Positions 17,040 through 27,900 of a stretch of DNA of 64,000 nucleotides are shown here, piece after piece (within the stretch, counting starts at the first letter, position 1; every line of letters starts with the position of its first letter). The notes under the pieces are model-generated. The model had not been told where the DNA came from, searched no databases, and saw only the letters and a list, made by a program, of their open reading frames with translations. The stretch is from a virus, in the IMG/VR virus record IMGVR_UViG_3300028400_000004, positions 1-64,000 of that record; one strand, written 5' to 3'. The position numbers and the translations under genes were made by a program.

Positions 17040-18491
17040 GTGTTTTTTCGCAAAAAAAGTAAAGACCGCAAACAAATAGAATCGTCTCCTACAGAGATTT
17101 TAGGTTATAAGAAAAGTTCGCCACCCTCTTATGGGTCTGTAGAATTACTAGATGCGTACAACAAAATGCCATGGCTTCGTGCTGTGGTGGGAAAAATAGG
17201 CCAAGCTGTAGGTACTACAGAATGGCATGTATATAAAGCAACAGATCAAAATAATAAGTCAAGAAAAATAAAAAATTTAACTGTAACTTCAAAGGAAAAA
17301 CGCAACAAAGTATACGAGCAAGGCTTCTATAAAAGCGGAAAGTCTATTTATCCGGTAGAGGAAGTTTTAGACCATCCTATTCTAGACTTGCTTTATAAAG
17401 GAAATGAGTATTTTATAGGAAGCGTTGTTTTACAAATTACCCAAATACATTTAGATTTGGTTGGCGAAGCATTTTGGCTATTAGAGAAAAATAAATTGGG
17501 CCAACCCATCGGTATTTGGCCATTACCTCCTACCTGGATCAAAGATTTACCAACTAATGAGCATCCTTTCTATAAAATACAGTTTGGCAATTCTGCAGCT
17601 CAACGAGAAATACCAGTAACAGAAATTATAAAATTTGTTGATCCTAACCCATTAAACCCCTATGGCCGTGGTAGTGGTATTTCAAGAGCATTAGGTGACG
17701 AATTAGAAACGGACGAGTATTCTGCTAAGTTTTTGAAAACATTTTTCTATAACAAAGCCACGCCTGACGTTATCATTTCAGCAGAAGGTTTACAAAGAGA
17801 GGATACCGAAAGACTAGAAGCTAATTGGTTAGCAAAACACCAAGGATTCTTCAAAGCATTTAAGCCCTATTTTATAAATAGAAAACTTGATATAAAAACC
17901 ATAGGATATGACATGCGTGCCCTTCAAATGACTGAACTAAGAAAAGTCGAAAGGGATATTATTATGCAAGTATTCGGTATCCCGCCAGAAAAATTAGGGC
18001 AAAACTCTGCTTCTAATAGATCAACGATCACTGCCGCAGATTTATTCTGGACAAAAGACATATTAATGCCACGGATTGAAAATATTAGAAGAACATTACA
18101 GCTTCAATTAGTGCCCTTGTTTGATGAGACACTAATTTTAGATTTTGACTCACCTATTGTAGAAGATAAAGAATTAGAATTACAAATAATGCGAGCAATG
18201 CCGGGTGCCTTTACAAAAAATGAATGGCGTGCCGCAGCAAATAAACCATCATTAGGAGAAGCCGGCGACGTATTTATTTTACGAGCAGGGGAAATGGAAG
18301 TATCCATAGATAATAACCAAACTGAAAATCAACAAACTACGGATACACAAAATGCTTCTTATGAATTATTTAATGAATTAAAAAATAAAATAGTATCTAA
18401 TTTAACAAAAGAACAAATTAAAAAAATAGAAAAATCCATAGGAATAGATGAGTTTGTAAAACAAGCATTACAACATTACGAGGGTAAATAA
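17040..18491 (+). CDS. HK97-family portal protein
   Basis: HPILDLL, GEAFW, IWPLPP, GRGSG, FFYNKATP, IMQVFGIPP, TKNEWR. Confidence 0.92.
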   Translation: MFFRKKSKDRKQIESSPTEILGYKKSSPPSYGSVELLDAYNKMPWLRAVVGKIGQAVGTTEWHVYKATDQNNKSRKIKNLTVTSKEKRNKVYEQGFYKSGKSIYPVEEVLDHPILDLLYKGNEYFIGSVVLQITQIHLDLVGEAFWLLEKNKLGQPIGIWPLPPTWIKDLPTNEHPFYKIQFGNSAAQREIPVTEIIKFVDPNPLNPYGRGSGISRALGDELETDEYSAKFLKTFFYNKATPDVIISAEGLQREDTERLEANWLAKHQGFFKAFKPYFINRKLDIKTIGYDMRALQMTELRKVERDIIMQVFGIPPEKLGQNSASNRSTITAADLFWTKDILMPRIENIRRTLQLQLVPLFDETLILDFDSPIVEDKELELQIMRAMPGAFTKNEWRAAANKPSLGEAGDVFILRAGEMEVSIDNNQTENQQTTDTQNASYELFNELKNKIVSNLTKEQIKKIEKSIGIDEFVKQALQHYEGK

Positions 18492-18493
18492 TA

Positions 18494-20011
18494 ATGCGTA
18501 GAAAACGTAAACAAATTAAGAAAGAATTACTTAGGAAAACGATCAATCCTAGTGAAATTAAAGCCATGGATGGAAAAGATAATAATAGACGTATGAAATT
18601 TATTATTTCCACAAGTTCTCCCGACCGTGACGGAGATATTATTGAAGCATCTGGATGGGATTTAACTAATTACAAGAAAAACCCCGTCGTATTGTTTGCC
18701 CACGATAGTTGGCGTCCGCCCGTGGGTAAAGGAGTTTCTGTGGAAGTTGATGGAGACAAACTGATCGCAGAAGCGGAATTCATGGATGAATCTATTGATA
18801 AAACAGGATTTTCAGAAACTATTTATCAAATGCTAAAACACGGATTTTTGAACGCCACTTCTATTGGAATGATTCCGCATGAATGGGAAGAACTAACCGA
18901 TGAGAGAGGTAATATCAAAGGATTCCACTTCAAAAAACAAGAACTTTTAGAATTTTCAATTGTGCCTGTCCCAGCAAATCCAGAGGCATTATCTTTAGCA
19001 CAAGAAAAAGGAATCAACATTGATCCTTTAGAAGATTGGTTTGAAGAAGCCCTAGATTGTTGGACAGAATATAAGAATATTCTAATATTACCAAAGAAAG
19101 ATATTGAAACTTTATATAGAAAAGCCAAAAAATTAACTAAAGGTTCTAAACAAATGGCAAAAGAAACTGATGCTAAAGAAAAAATGGTAATTACCTATGA
19201 TATGGCTCATCCAAACGGTACACCAAAGGAGCCTAAAGAATCCGATTGGGACGGTCCTTATGAAGTAACGCAGGCTACTGTAGAAGACCTTATGGTGATG
19301 TGTGCTTGGCATGAAGACAAGCCGGAAGAAGACCTAGTAAAAGTGGACTTCAAACTACCTCACCATCGAGCAGAAGGAGATCATGCACTTGTATGGCGTG
19401 GCGTTGTAGCTGCCATGGCGGCTCTTATGGGGGCCAGAGGCGGTGTTGATGTTCCTGAAGAAGACAGACGGGGTATTTATGACCATTTAGCAAAACACTA
19501 TGCGGATTTTGAAGAAACACCACCAGAATTTAAGCATGTAGAGGAACAAACACTAAAGTCTGATGAATTTTACATGGACACTATTACAGGACAAATTAAG
19601 CAAAAAGAAGAAAAAACAATTAGGGATAAGGATACCAATGTAGAAAACGAGACTAAAAAAGAAAAAACAGACGAAAAAGATGAAAAAATTGATGAAAATA
19701 TTATGTCAAAAGAAGATAAAAATACTGAAATTTGCAAAGAAAATAAAGAATATTATGTTGCTATCAAACAGGCTGATTTGTCTGTAGAAATTAAGGCAAA
19801 TTCTTTTGAGGAAGCGAAAGAATTGCTTAAAGAAGTAAAAGATTTGGTAAATACTAATAAGGAAATGGTTGAAAATAAAGAGGAAAACAAGGACGTGAAA
19901 AAAGCTGAAGAAAAAGAGGTGGATGATAATATAGACACTTTATTAAAATCCGTAATAGATGATTTACCAAAACTAATTGATGAAACTTTGAAAGAAAAAC
20001 TAGGCAATTGA
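18494..20011 (+). CDS. HK97-type prohead protease with long C-terminal extension
   Basis: DRDGDII, NPVVLFAHD, SIG, LLEFSIVPVPANPEA; extra KLPHH...GARGG domain and charged tail. Confidence 0.9.
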   Translation: MRRKRKQIKKELLRKTINPSEIKAMDGKDNNRRMKFIISTSSPDRDGDIIEASGWDLTNYKKNPVVLFAHDSWRPPVGKGVSVEVDGDKLIAEAEFMDESIDKTGFSETIYQMLKHGFLNATSIGMIPHEWEELTDERGNIKGFHFKKQELLEFSIVPVPANPEALSLAQEKGINIDPLEDWFEEALDCWTEYKNILILPKKDIETLYRKAKKLTKGSKQMAKETDAKEKMVITYDMAHPNGTPKEPKESDWDGPYEVTQATVEDLMVMCAWHEDKPEEDLVKVDFKLPHHRAEGDHALVWRGVVAAMAALMGARGGVDVPEEDRRGIYDHLAKHYADFEETPPEFKHVEEQTLKSDEFYMDTITGQIKQKEEKTIRDKDTNVENETKKEKTDEKDEKIDENIMSKEDKNTEICKENKEYYVAIKQADLSVEIKANSFEEAKELLKEVKDLVNTNKEMVENKEENKDVKKAEEKEVDDNIDTLLKSVIDDLPKLIDETLKEKLGN

Positions 20012-20023
20012 GGTAGAAAATAA

Positions 20024-21211
20024 ATGTCTGATAAACAAGAACTTCTAAACCAGATTAAGGAAATGATCGCCGCTAAGGTGGATGAGGCGGTAAAACCTTT
20101 GAAAGAGGCTTCCACTGCCGATTGGAAGAAAGATATTTACGGAGCCGACAAGGTACAGAATAAAGCTGTTCCTGCCGCTCGTATTGTTCGCGCCCTGGCA
20201 GCTGCTCGTGGTGACATTGAAAAGGCTGCTCGTTTCGCCAAGCGTGCTTGGGATGACGAAGTAGGCAAAGCCATCAGTGCCACTTTTGAAAAAGCCCTAG
20301 ATGCCGGCGTTCCTACTTCTGGCGGATTTATGATCCCCGAGGATATGGTATCCGATATTATTGATCTTCTGCGTCCTCGGTCTGTAGTCCGTGCTGCTGG
20401 TGCTCCTACCGTACCTATGCCTCGTGGTACTCTTACTCTGCCCAAGCAGACCGGAGACGTAACCGCCAGCTATGTTGGTGAGTCCACCGATATTACTAGC
20501 TCCACCCCTGCTGGTGACCAGATTGTATTGTCCGCTAAAAAGCTGGCGGCTCTTGTTCCTGTATCAAATGACCTGCTAACTTATGATGTTGGCGACAGTG
20601 CTGATCGGTTTGTCCGAGATTCTCTTGTTCGTCGTATCGCTGTCCGCGAAGATGCTGCCTTCCTGCGCGACGATGGTACTGCCAATACTCCTACTGGCCT
20701 TCGCTACCAAGCTGCCGCTGGTAATGTAATTGCTTCTGCCGCTACTAGCGCCACCGATGCTGCTAATATTGAAGTCGATCTTATCGGTGCCATCAATGCC
20801 CTTGAAAGTTCCAATGTTGATATGAGTGGCCCCGCTTGGTTCATTTCTCCCCGAACCAAGAATAACCTGATGAAACTTCGGGATGCCAACGGCAACCTTA
20901 TTTATCCTGAGCTTCGCAGTGATACGCCAACTCTATATACCTTCCCTGTGTTTGTAACTACAAACATTCCTACCAACCTAGGCACCGGCACTAACGAATC
21001 AGAAATTTATCTAGCCAATATGCCTGACACTCTTATTGCAGAAACCGGAGGTCTTGAAATCACTGCCGATCCTTCTGCTGCGTATATTGAGGGTGGTACT
21101 CTTGTATCTTCCTTCTCTCGTGACCAGACTGTAGTTCGTGCCATTGTACGCCACGACTTCACCGTGCTTTATCCTGAGTCTGTGGCTGTACTCACTGGCG
21201 TCCTATACTAA
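20024..21211 (+). CDS. HK97-fold major capsid protein
   Basis: GGFMIPE, YVGE, KKLAALVPVSNDLL, LRDANGNLIY; strongly biased codon usage. Confidence 0.95.
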   Translation: MSDKQELLNQIKEMIAAKVDEAVKPLKEASTADWKKDIYGADKVQNKAVPAARIVRALAAARGDIEKAARFAKRAWDDEVGKAISATFEKALDAGVPTSGGFMIPEDMVSDIIDLLRPRSVVRAAGAPTVPMPRGTLTLPKQTGDVTASYVGESTDITSSTPAGDQIVLSAKKLAALVPVSNDLLTYDVGDSADRFVRDSLVRRIAVREDAAFLRDDGTANTPTGLRYQAAAGNVIASAATSATDAANIEVDLIGAINALESSNVDMSGPAWFISPRTKNNLMKLRDANGNLIYPELRSDTPTLYTFPVFVTTNIPTNLGTGTNESEIYLANMPDTLIAETGGLEITADPSAAYIEGGTLVSSFSRDQTVVRAIVRHDFTVLYPESVAVLTGVLY

Positions 21212-21232
21212 TAATAATATAATGACGATATT

Positions 21233-21261
21233 GGCCCTGTACTAAGTACAGGGCCTTTTTT
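21233..21261 (+). terminator. intrinsic terminator after the capsid gene
   Basis: GGCCCTGTAC/GTACAGGGCC followed by T6. Confidence 0.88.
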
Positions 21262-21338
21262 ATTGAAATCAAACTTTGCATAAATTAGACTTTCATATAT
21301 AATATGTTAATACTCATTTATACTTTTTGGAGGTATTT

Positions 21339-21536
21339 ATGAAAACAGTAAAATTTAATTACAAATCTGGTATTTATAATCCCGGCGATATTGCTACTTT
21401 TGAAGATGATGTGGCTGAAAAAATCGTAGAACGAAACTATGGGGAATATGTTGAACTACCTAAAGAAACTGTAGTATCAAATAAAAAGCAAATGAAACCT
21501 AAGTCTAATAGACGTAAAGGTTACATTACCAAATGA
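21339..21536 (+). CDS. small virion-associated protein
   Basis: GGAGG RBS; YNPGDIATF...AEKIVE type small gene after the capsid gene. Confidence 0.65.
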   Translation: MKTVKFNYKSGIYNPGDIATFEDDVAEKIVERNYGEYVELPKETVVSNKKQMKPKSNRRKGYITK

Positions 21537-22168
21537 TTGATATAACTCCCATAGAAGGAAATAATATGACAACTATTGATTTAGTGTCTAAAGCACTAAA
21601 TCTAACTAATGATGAATTATTAGAAAATAAACAATATATAGATTTATTGATAAAAGGAGCATCTAATTATATTGAACAATATACAGGTAGAGTTTATAAT
21701 TATTCAGATGTTATAGAAAAATTACCTGGAAATGGTCAACTAAATATATATGTCAGTGTCAGACCTATAAAAGAATTGGTAGAAATAAAAATCTTTGATA
21801 CGGTAATTGATCCAAGTTTATATGAAATAGACAATCCAAATACAGGTTCTATCTACAAAGAGACTGTATGGGTTGATTACACAAAATACCATGGATATAT
21901 AGAAAAACAACCAGCCATGTCTAAACATGCTTATACAATTACTTATAAAGCTGGTTATTATATGCCAGGGTCTAACCAAAGGGACTTTCCTTATGATTTA
22001 GAAATTGCATGTATAGAATTAGTTAAGCATTTATACCATAGTAAAGATAGGAACTATCTAGTATCTAGAGAAGTAATTGGGGACGCGCAAAGAACTTTCG
22101 CTACAATTGGAAGTGTAGGCGTGCCAGATATGGTAACAGAAATACTAGATAAATGGAAGGCATTTTGA
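21533..22168 (+). CDS. head-tail adaptor (gp6/gp15-like)
   Basis: IKGASNYIEQYTGR, ITYKAGY, PYDLEIACIELV; position. Confidence 0.8.
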   Translation: MIDITPIEGNNMTTIDLVSKALNLTNDELLENKQYIDLLIKGASNYIEQYTGRVYNYSDVIEKLPGNGQLNIYVSVRPIKELVEIKIFDTVIDPSLYEIDNPNTGSIYKETVWVDYTKYHGYIEKQPAMSKHAYTITYKAGYYMPGSNQRDFPYDLEIACIELVKHLYHSKDRNYLVSREVIGDAQRTFATIGSVGVPDMVTEILDKWKAF

Positions 22169-22500
22169 TGGATATTAGTTTTGCATTAAATCAAAAAGCC
22201 ACTTATTGGGAAAAAAATGGTATTGATGGTTTTGGTAAACCTGTATTTTCAACACCAAAACAAATAAAAGTTAGATGGGAAACAAAAGAAAGATTAAAAA
22301 TAACACCTGCCGGTGAAGTTTATGATTATAGAATAGAAGTTTGGTTTTCTTTTGAGCCAAAAAAAGGAAGTTACATAGCTAAAGGAGTTTATACAAATAC
22401 CGACCCAAACACTATTACAGATGAAGTGTACATAATTGAAAATATATTATCTACCCCGTCTGTGGACGGTAAAACATTTGTATATAAGGCAATACTGTAA
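22168..22500 (+). CDS. head closure protein
   Basis: NQKATYW...DGFGKP...VRWE; position. Confidence 0.7.
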   Translation: MDISFALNQKATYWEKNGIDGFGKPVFSTPKQIKVRWETKERLKITPAGEVYDYRIEVWFSFEPKKGSYIAKGVYTNTDPNTITDEVYIIENILSTPSVDGKTFVYKAIL

Positions 22501-22892
22501 TGAAAATTACCTTATCAGATGACTTCAATAAAATAGTAGAAAAAGAAATAAAAAATAAAATAGAAAAAGAATTATTACATATGGGAACCATAATTGTCGA
22601 GGAAACAAATCCTGTGACTCCCCTTGAGTACGGAAGTTTACGTTCTACTATAAGGGCAGAAACAGAAAGTTCTTCAAAAATGATTAAAATGCAAGTGGGT
22701 GTGGCTGGAAATTATAAAGGAAAAGAATCACCTAACGCACCTACAGGTTATGTAGATTATGCTATCGTTATGCATGAAGACTTAACTTATACACCACATA
22801 CACCGGGCACCGGTCCTAAATATTTAGAAAAAACTGTTAACTCTTTAGAAACCAAATTGCACGATGAGTTCATAAAAAGAATTAAGTTATGA
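22500..22892 (+). CDS. tail completion/neck protein (HK97 gp10-like)
   Basis: TPLEYGSLRST, YAIVMHE, GPKYLE. Confidence 0.75.
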   Translation: MKITLSDDFNKIVEKEIKNKIEKELLHMGTIIVEETNPVTPLEYGSLRSTIRAETESSSKMIKMQVGVAGNYKGKESPNAPTGYVDYAIVMHEDLTYTPHTPGTGPKYLEKTVNSLETKLHDEFIKRIKL

Positions 22893-23311
22893 ATCCTGTA
22901 ACCATTGACCTAAAAGATATATTAGAAGCAAATGGTGTTGGAACTTTTGGTGCTACCAATGGTTGGGGAATCTACATAGGCTTTGAGCCTGAAACACCTG
23001 ATACTACAATAACATTGTATGATACTGGCGGTGGCAGTCCTTTACCTAATTTATTACTAGATTTTCCTACTATACAAACAAGAATAAGAGGCTCTGTAGG
23101 AGATTATGAAGCAACCTACCAAAAAGCATTAGAGGTTAGGGATGTTTTACTAGGTTTGCCATCACAAACAATAAATGGAACTTTATATGATGGTGTGTGG
23201 GCTAATTCAGATATTATTTATTTGACAAGAACAAAAGACAGGCCGGTTTTTGTTATAAATTGGCGTATTGCTAGAGAACCGGCTACAGGTAATAATAGAA
23301 ATCCACTATGA
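22889..23311 (+). CDS. tail terminator / minor capsid-family protein
   Basis: EPETPDTTITLYDTGG, PTIQTRIRG; position before the tail tube gene. Confidence 0.75.
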   Translation: MNPVTIDLKDILEANGVGTFGATNGWGIYIGFEPETPDTTITLYDTGGGSPLPNLLLDFPTIQTRIRGSVGDYEATYQKALEVRDVLLGLPSQTINGTLYDGVWANSDIIYLTRTKDRPVFVINWRIAREPATGNNRNPL

Positions 23312-23323
23312 GGTTAAAATAAA

Positions 23324-24343
23324 ATGGCAAAAAAAATTAATGTATATGATGGTACTAACTGGTTAACACTTCCAGGTTCATCCGGCGAATATACCGAGGA
23401 AGCTGCGACTACTGACGATACTGTATTTGGTGCTACTTTTAGTTCTAATGAGTCAACACTTATTACTTGGTCTGTGAGTGCTAATGCATACTTCAAAGGT
23501 TTTGCAGGTTATAAGGCCAAGCTATTAAAGTTCTCTGCTAGTGCTGCCAATACCGGGGTTGCAATGACACAGGAAACCGGTCAGATTTATACTTTAGGTA
23601 CCGGGCAGGCCTTTGACCGTAATTTTCCCGTTACTGTTTATGATGGTGCTACAGATGTAACTGCACAAGTAGAATGGATTGATTATTTATTTGGTCGTAT
23701 TAAATTTGTTGATACCTATACTGTAACAGGTTCCGTTACTGTTGATGCCTATATCATTAGTTTTACTACCGTCGGTACTGCTTCTTCTTTTACACTAACT
23801 CAAAATGCCGACGCAATCCAAACCACCGATTTTGCCACTGCACAGGGCAATAATGGTTTCCATACTTATAATCCAGGCCTTCGTACTGTAAGTTTAGACC
23901 TTACCGGATTTTATACAGTTTCAAACGACTTCAGTAATATTTTACAAGGCCGTCAAGAAATTATGATTGAGGTAAATCCTGATGGAAACAGTAAGAGCAT
24001 TGCTCGTGGCTACTTTAAGGCGGCCTCTCATGGGCAGAGCGGTGATGTAGGTGCTTTAGAAGAAGAAACTATTACTTTCAATCTAAATGTGCCTGACGAC
24101 CAAAAGCTATATTTGCCTTTCTCTTGGCAACATGCTTCCGATACTACACTATCTCCAGCAGTAAAAGTTGTCCTCGATAACTGGCTGTCTGAAACCAAGA
24201 CTAATGTTCAGTACCTATATAATGGTACAAATGGTTATCAGGGTACTAGCGTTATTACTGATGTTAGTTTAGAATCTTCATTGGAAGGTATGAACACTTT
24301 TAGTGTTTCCTTCCAAGGCGACGGTGCTCCAACAGCTATCTAA
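23324..24343 (+). CDS. major tail tube protein
   Basis: Position; C-terminal TFSVSFQGDGAP; internal duplication. Confidence 0.82.
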   Translation: MAKKINVYDGTNWLTLPGSSGEYTEEAATTDDTVFGATFSSNESTLITWSVSANAYFKGFAGYKAKLLKFSASAANTGVAMTQETGQIYTLGTGQAFDRNFPVTVYDGATDVTAQVEWIDYLFGRIKFVDTYTVTGSVTVDAYIISFTTVGTASSFTLTQNADAIQTTDFATAQGNNGFHTYNPGLRTVSLDLTGFYTVSNDFSNILQGRQEIMIEVNPDGNSKSIARGYFKAASHGQSGDVGALEEETITFNLNVPDDQKLYLPFSWQHASDTTLSPAVKVVLDNWLSETKTNVQYLYNGTNGYQGTSVITDVSLESSLEGMNTFSVSFQGDGAPTAI

Positions 24344-24351
24344 GGTGATCT

Positions 24352-24666
24352 ATGAGTAACGATATTCGTAATAAACTTCTAACTGATATTAAACCGGAAC
24401 GTGTAAAAATTAACCTACGTGGTGTTGAAGTAGAAGTACAACAGCCAGTAGTTAAGGATATTCTTAATGCCGATACAGAGGACACGACCTTTATTATTGA
24501 TATGATGGTAAGATATTGTTATGTGCCTGGAACAAATGAACGTGTGTTTGAAGAATCAGACAAGGAAATTATCCTGCAATGGCCTATGGGGGATTGGTTT
24601 ACTACATTCGGCGAAGCATTTAATAAATTAGCTTCAGTAGGAAAAGACGAGGCCAAAAAAAAGTAA
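24352..24666 (+). CDS. tail assembly chaperone (gpG-like)
   Basis: Between tail tube and tape measure genes; ends in A AAA AAG TAA slippery site. Confidence 0.82.
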   Translation: MSNDIRNKLLTDIKPERVKINLRGVEVEVQQPVVKDILNADTEDTTFIIDMMVRYCYVPGTNERVFEESDKEIILQWPMGDWFTTFGEAFNKLASVGKDEAKKK

Positions 24667-24863
24667 AAGAGAACCCCCTACTGCAAATGGTACTTGCAGT
24701 AGGGGAACTTTTACACTTAACAATAAAAGAAGTTATAGAACTAGATTATAATGAATTTTTAACTTGGGTAAGCTGGATTGAGTTTAAAAACGAGGAAGAA
24801 GAAAAGGCCATTAAAAAACAAAACAATACAAAAAGTAACAAAAAAGTAGTAAGAAGAATATAA
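24657..24863 (+). CDS. -1 frameshift extension of the tail chaperone (gpT-like part)
   Basis: -1 frame open: KVKENPLLQMVLAVGELLHLTIKEVIELDYNEFLTWVSW...; hairpin 24675-24705 downstream of the slip site. Confidence 0.8.
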   Translation, partial: KKVKENPLLQMVLAVGELLHLTIKEVIELDYNEFLTWVSWIEFKNEEEEKAIKKQNNTKSNKKVVRRI

Positions 24864-24901
24864 TTACCCCAAATAATAAATAATATTTGGGGTAATTTTT
24901 T
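24862..24901 (+). terminator. hairpin/terminator overlapping the tape measure RBS
   Basis: 14-bp stem AATTACCCCAAATA/TATTTGGGGTAATT plus T run, directly before the GTG start. Confidence 0.6.
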
Positions 24902-27900
24902 GTGACTATTTCAGTAGGTGACATTACCTATACTGTAAATGTAGATATTAGTGGTGTCTTAAAGGCACAAAAAGCAATAAAGGATTTTGAAAAAAGTCTA
25001 AAGTCCTTAAAGCAATTATCAAACAATATTAATATAAAAATAAATTTATCTGGATATGGGCAGGCAGCAAAAAACCTGAGAGAGCTTAGTAAGCTAGCTA
25101 AAGATAAAACTATAAATATAAAAGTAAACAATGCTGATATAAAAAACGTAAATGATAACTTAAAAAAGGTACGACAAAAATCAAAAACAAGTCTTAATAT
25201 AAAAGTAAATAATGCTGCAAAAGTAAAAAAAGATTTAAGAGAAATAGATAGATTATTAGCCAATATAAAACAAAACAAAAATATACAAATAATAGCAGCA
25301 ACTGATGTTGTAAGTCGCGGTAAATCAAGTGGTAATAGTAAGACAGCCGCTAGGGACAGTAGTGAAATAAGGAAATTACGACAAGAAGAAACAATACAAC
25401 GATTACTTTTACAAAATAGAAAATTATTACAATCAGCTAGACAGTTTTCTGGGTTAGCATCTCAAAGAATAAAGGAACCTCTATTAGAAGCGAGAAAGGA
25501 ATTATTATCTCTTAATAGGGCATTTAGGTCTGGAAAATTAGATTATGCTGACTATGTAGAAAGTGTAGGCAATGTAAGATTAGAACTTAAAAAAGCATCA
25601 GATCAGCTTACCAATTACAAACTAAATGTAAGGGAAACAGGTAGGCTTATGAAACAAATGGAATTAATGCAAACCAGATATTCATCCGCTTTAGAAAAAA
25701 TAAAAACTGCTGGAATTTCAGATTATAAATCAAATTTTGAAGAAAAGTTTATATCAGCGCAACAGATTTTACGATCAAAAACCACACCTATTTCTCAAAA
25801 AACAAAAGCCGTAGCGGAACTAGATAGAGAGCTACAAAAAGTAATAAGAGACCAACAACGATTTACACAGGAAGTTAAACGAGTTAAAGGTCTAGCTGGA
25901 CTATTTGGAAAACTATCAGATGCTATTAAGAGTGTAGGTGCAGCTTACGCAGCCTTCTTAATATTCAGTGGTATAGAAAAATTAATAAAAACTACTGTAA
26001 CATTAGCCGATGAAACTAAAGGGCTTAGAGGACAACTAAAATTATTAGTAAAAAATCAAAAAGAATTAGATAAAACTTGGAATGACTTAATAAAAGTAGC
26101 CATACAAACCAGGACAGATTTAGCACCTACAGTAAAATTATATACAAAGGTAGCGGCTGCATTATTAAACTTAGGATATAGCAGCGAAGTAGCATTAAAA
26201 ACAGTAAAAGCTATAAACACATCACTTGTTCTTAGTGGATCAAGTGCACAAGAAGCTGCATCAACAGTTATACAGCTGTCTCAGGCTTTCTCAAAAGGCA
26301 AACTAGATGGTGAAGAACTAAGATCAGTATTAGAAAATAATCAAGTCTATGCACTAGCATTGGCTAAAGCCCTAAAAGTTGCAGGCGATAATACCGCCGT
26401 TACCACTAGAAACGTGCTAATGGCAAGCCGTGCAGGGAAAATAACACTCGATGTTATGGTTAAAGCTGGCCAAGCTATAAATAAAGAATTGGGGGATTCT
26501 TTAAACAATATTCCAATACGACTAGGACAAGCTGTCTCTATTCTGAAAACCCGGTTCATGGAAGTTATTTCTGCGATACAGTCAGCGGTAGATTATACTG
26601 CAATGTTATCTAAAGTTGTTTTAGGTTTAGCAAATAATATAAAAATAGTTACAGTAACCATTGTTAGCTTAATAGGCGCTTTAGGAAGTATGGGAACTGG
26701 AGCACTAATAAGTAAAGTATTTAAGTATCTTAGTAAGAATATGTTTGTGTCTTCAGCCAAAGGAATCATGAAGATAGTAAAATCATTTAAGACACTAAGA
26801 GGCGCTTTTGGTTGGATAGGATTGGCTTTAACAGGAGTTAGCGCAGCTATAGCTGTATATAAAAACGATTTAATAAGTATAAAAGGAGAAACTTATACTG
26901 TAGGGGAAGTACTACAGGCAGTTTGGCTAGCAATAAAAGATGTAATAAGTAAAGTAGTAGATAGGGTAAAAACAAAGCTAAAAAATTACATAGAATTTTT
27001 CAAGGCATATAAAAAGCTAACAGTGGAAATATTTAGGGTTATAAAGAAAAATCTAATTGATTTTTATAATTCTGTAAGTAAAACATTAAATAAATTAAGT
27101 GGTCCATTTGTTGCTTTTGCTAAAGTAATAAAACATTCACTTATTACTGGCCTGGCTGCTATTAAAACATTTAGGGAGGCTTTGGGGAAGGCATGGGAAG
27201 AGAAATCACTATCTGCTGGTATTGAGTATTTTAAGAAGAATATAAATAAAAATATTAAGGAGGCACAAGATCAAACATTTATTACAAACCTTTTAGAAGC
27301 ATTTTTGCCAGACAATGCCGCAAAACAGGTTGATGAAAAAGTAATAAAACCTATAGGAAATGCAATTGATTTTATTAAGGATAAAACAGAAAATGTTAGA
27401 AAAATGCTTGAAAAAGTTGGTTGGCTATTTTCCCCACAAGGATTTAAGGAAAGTTTAGAACTGGCCAATAAGTACTTTGATGAATTTGCATATAAATATC
27501 TAAAGAAATCAAAACAACTATCAGAACGTCAAGCAGGCTTTGGCGCGCTCCGTTTTGGTGGGGAAATAGTACCAAATAATGTATTAGATGATATTGATAG
27601 ATTTAACTCTGCTATGGATAAATATGTTGCAATTAGTATGAATATAACAAAGCTACAAAAAGCATTAAGTACGGATATTGGTGTTAAATTTGTTGCTTTT
27701 GGAAATGAAGGTCTAATGAATAATTATTTGTCTGCTTTACAAAAGGCAGCTGACTATACCAGAGCATTATCCAATGAGACACTAAAATTCTATAACTTCT
27801 ATATAGGAAAACCACTGGGTTTTCAAGCAAAAACAACTGAAGAATTTATTGCAAAACTAGCAGAACAAATAGTAAAACAAAAACAATTAAATACACAAAC

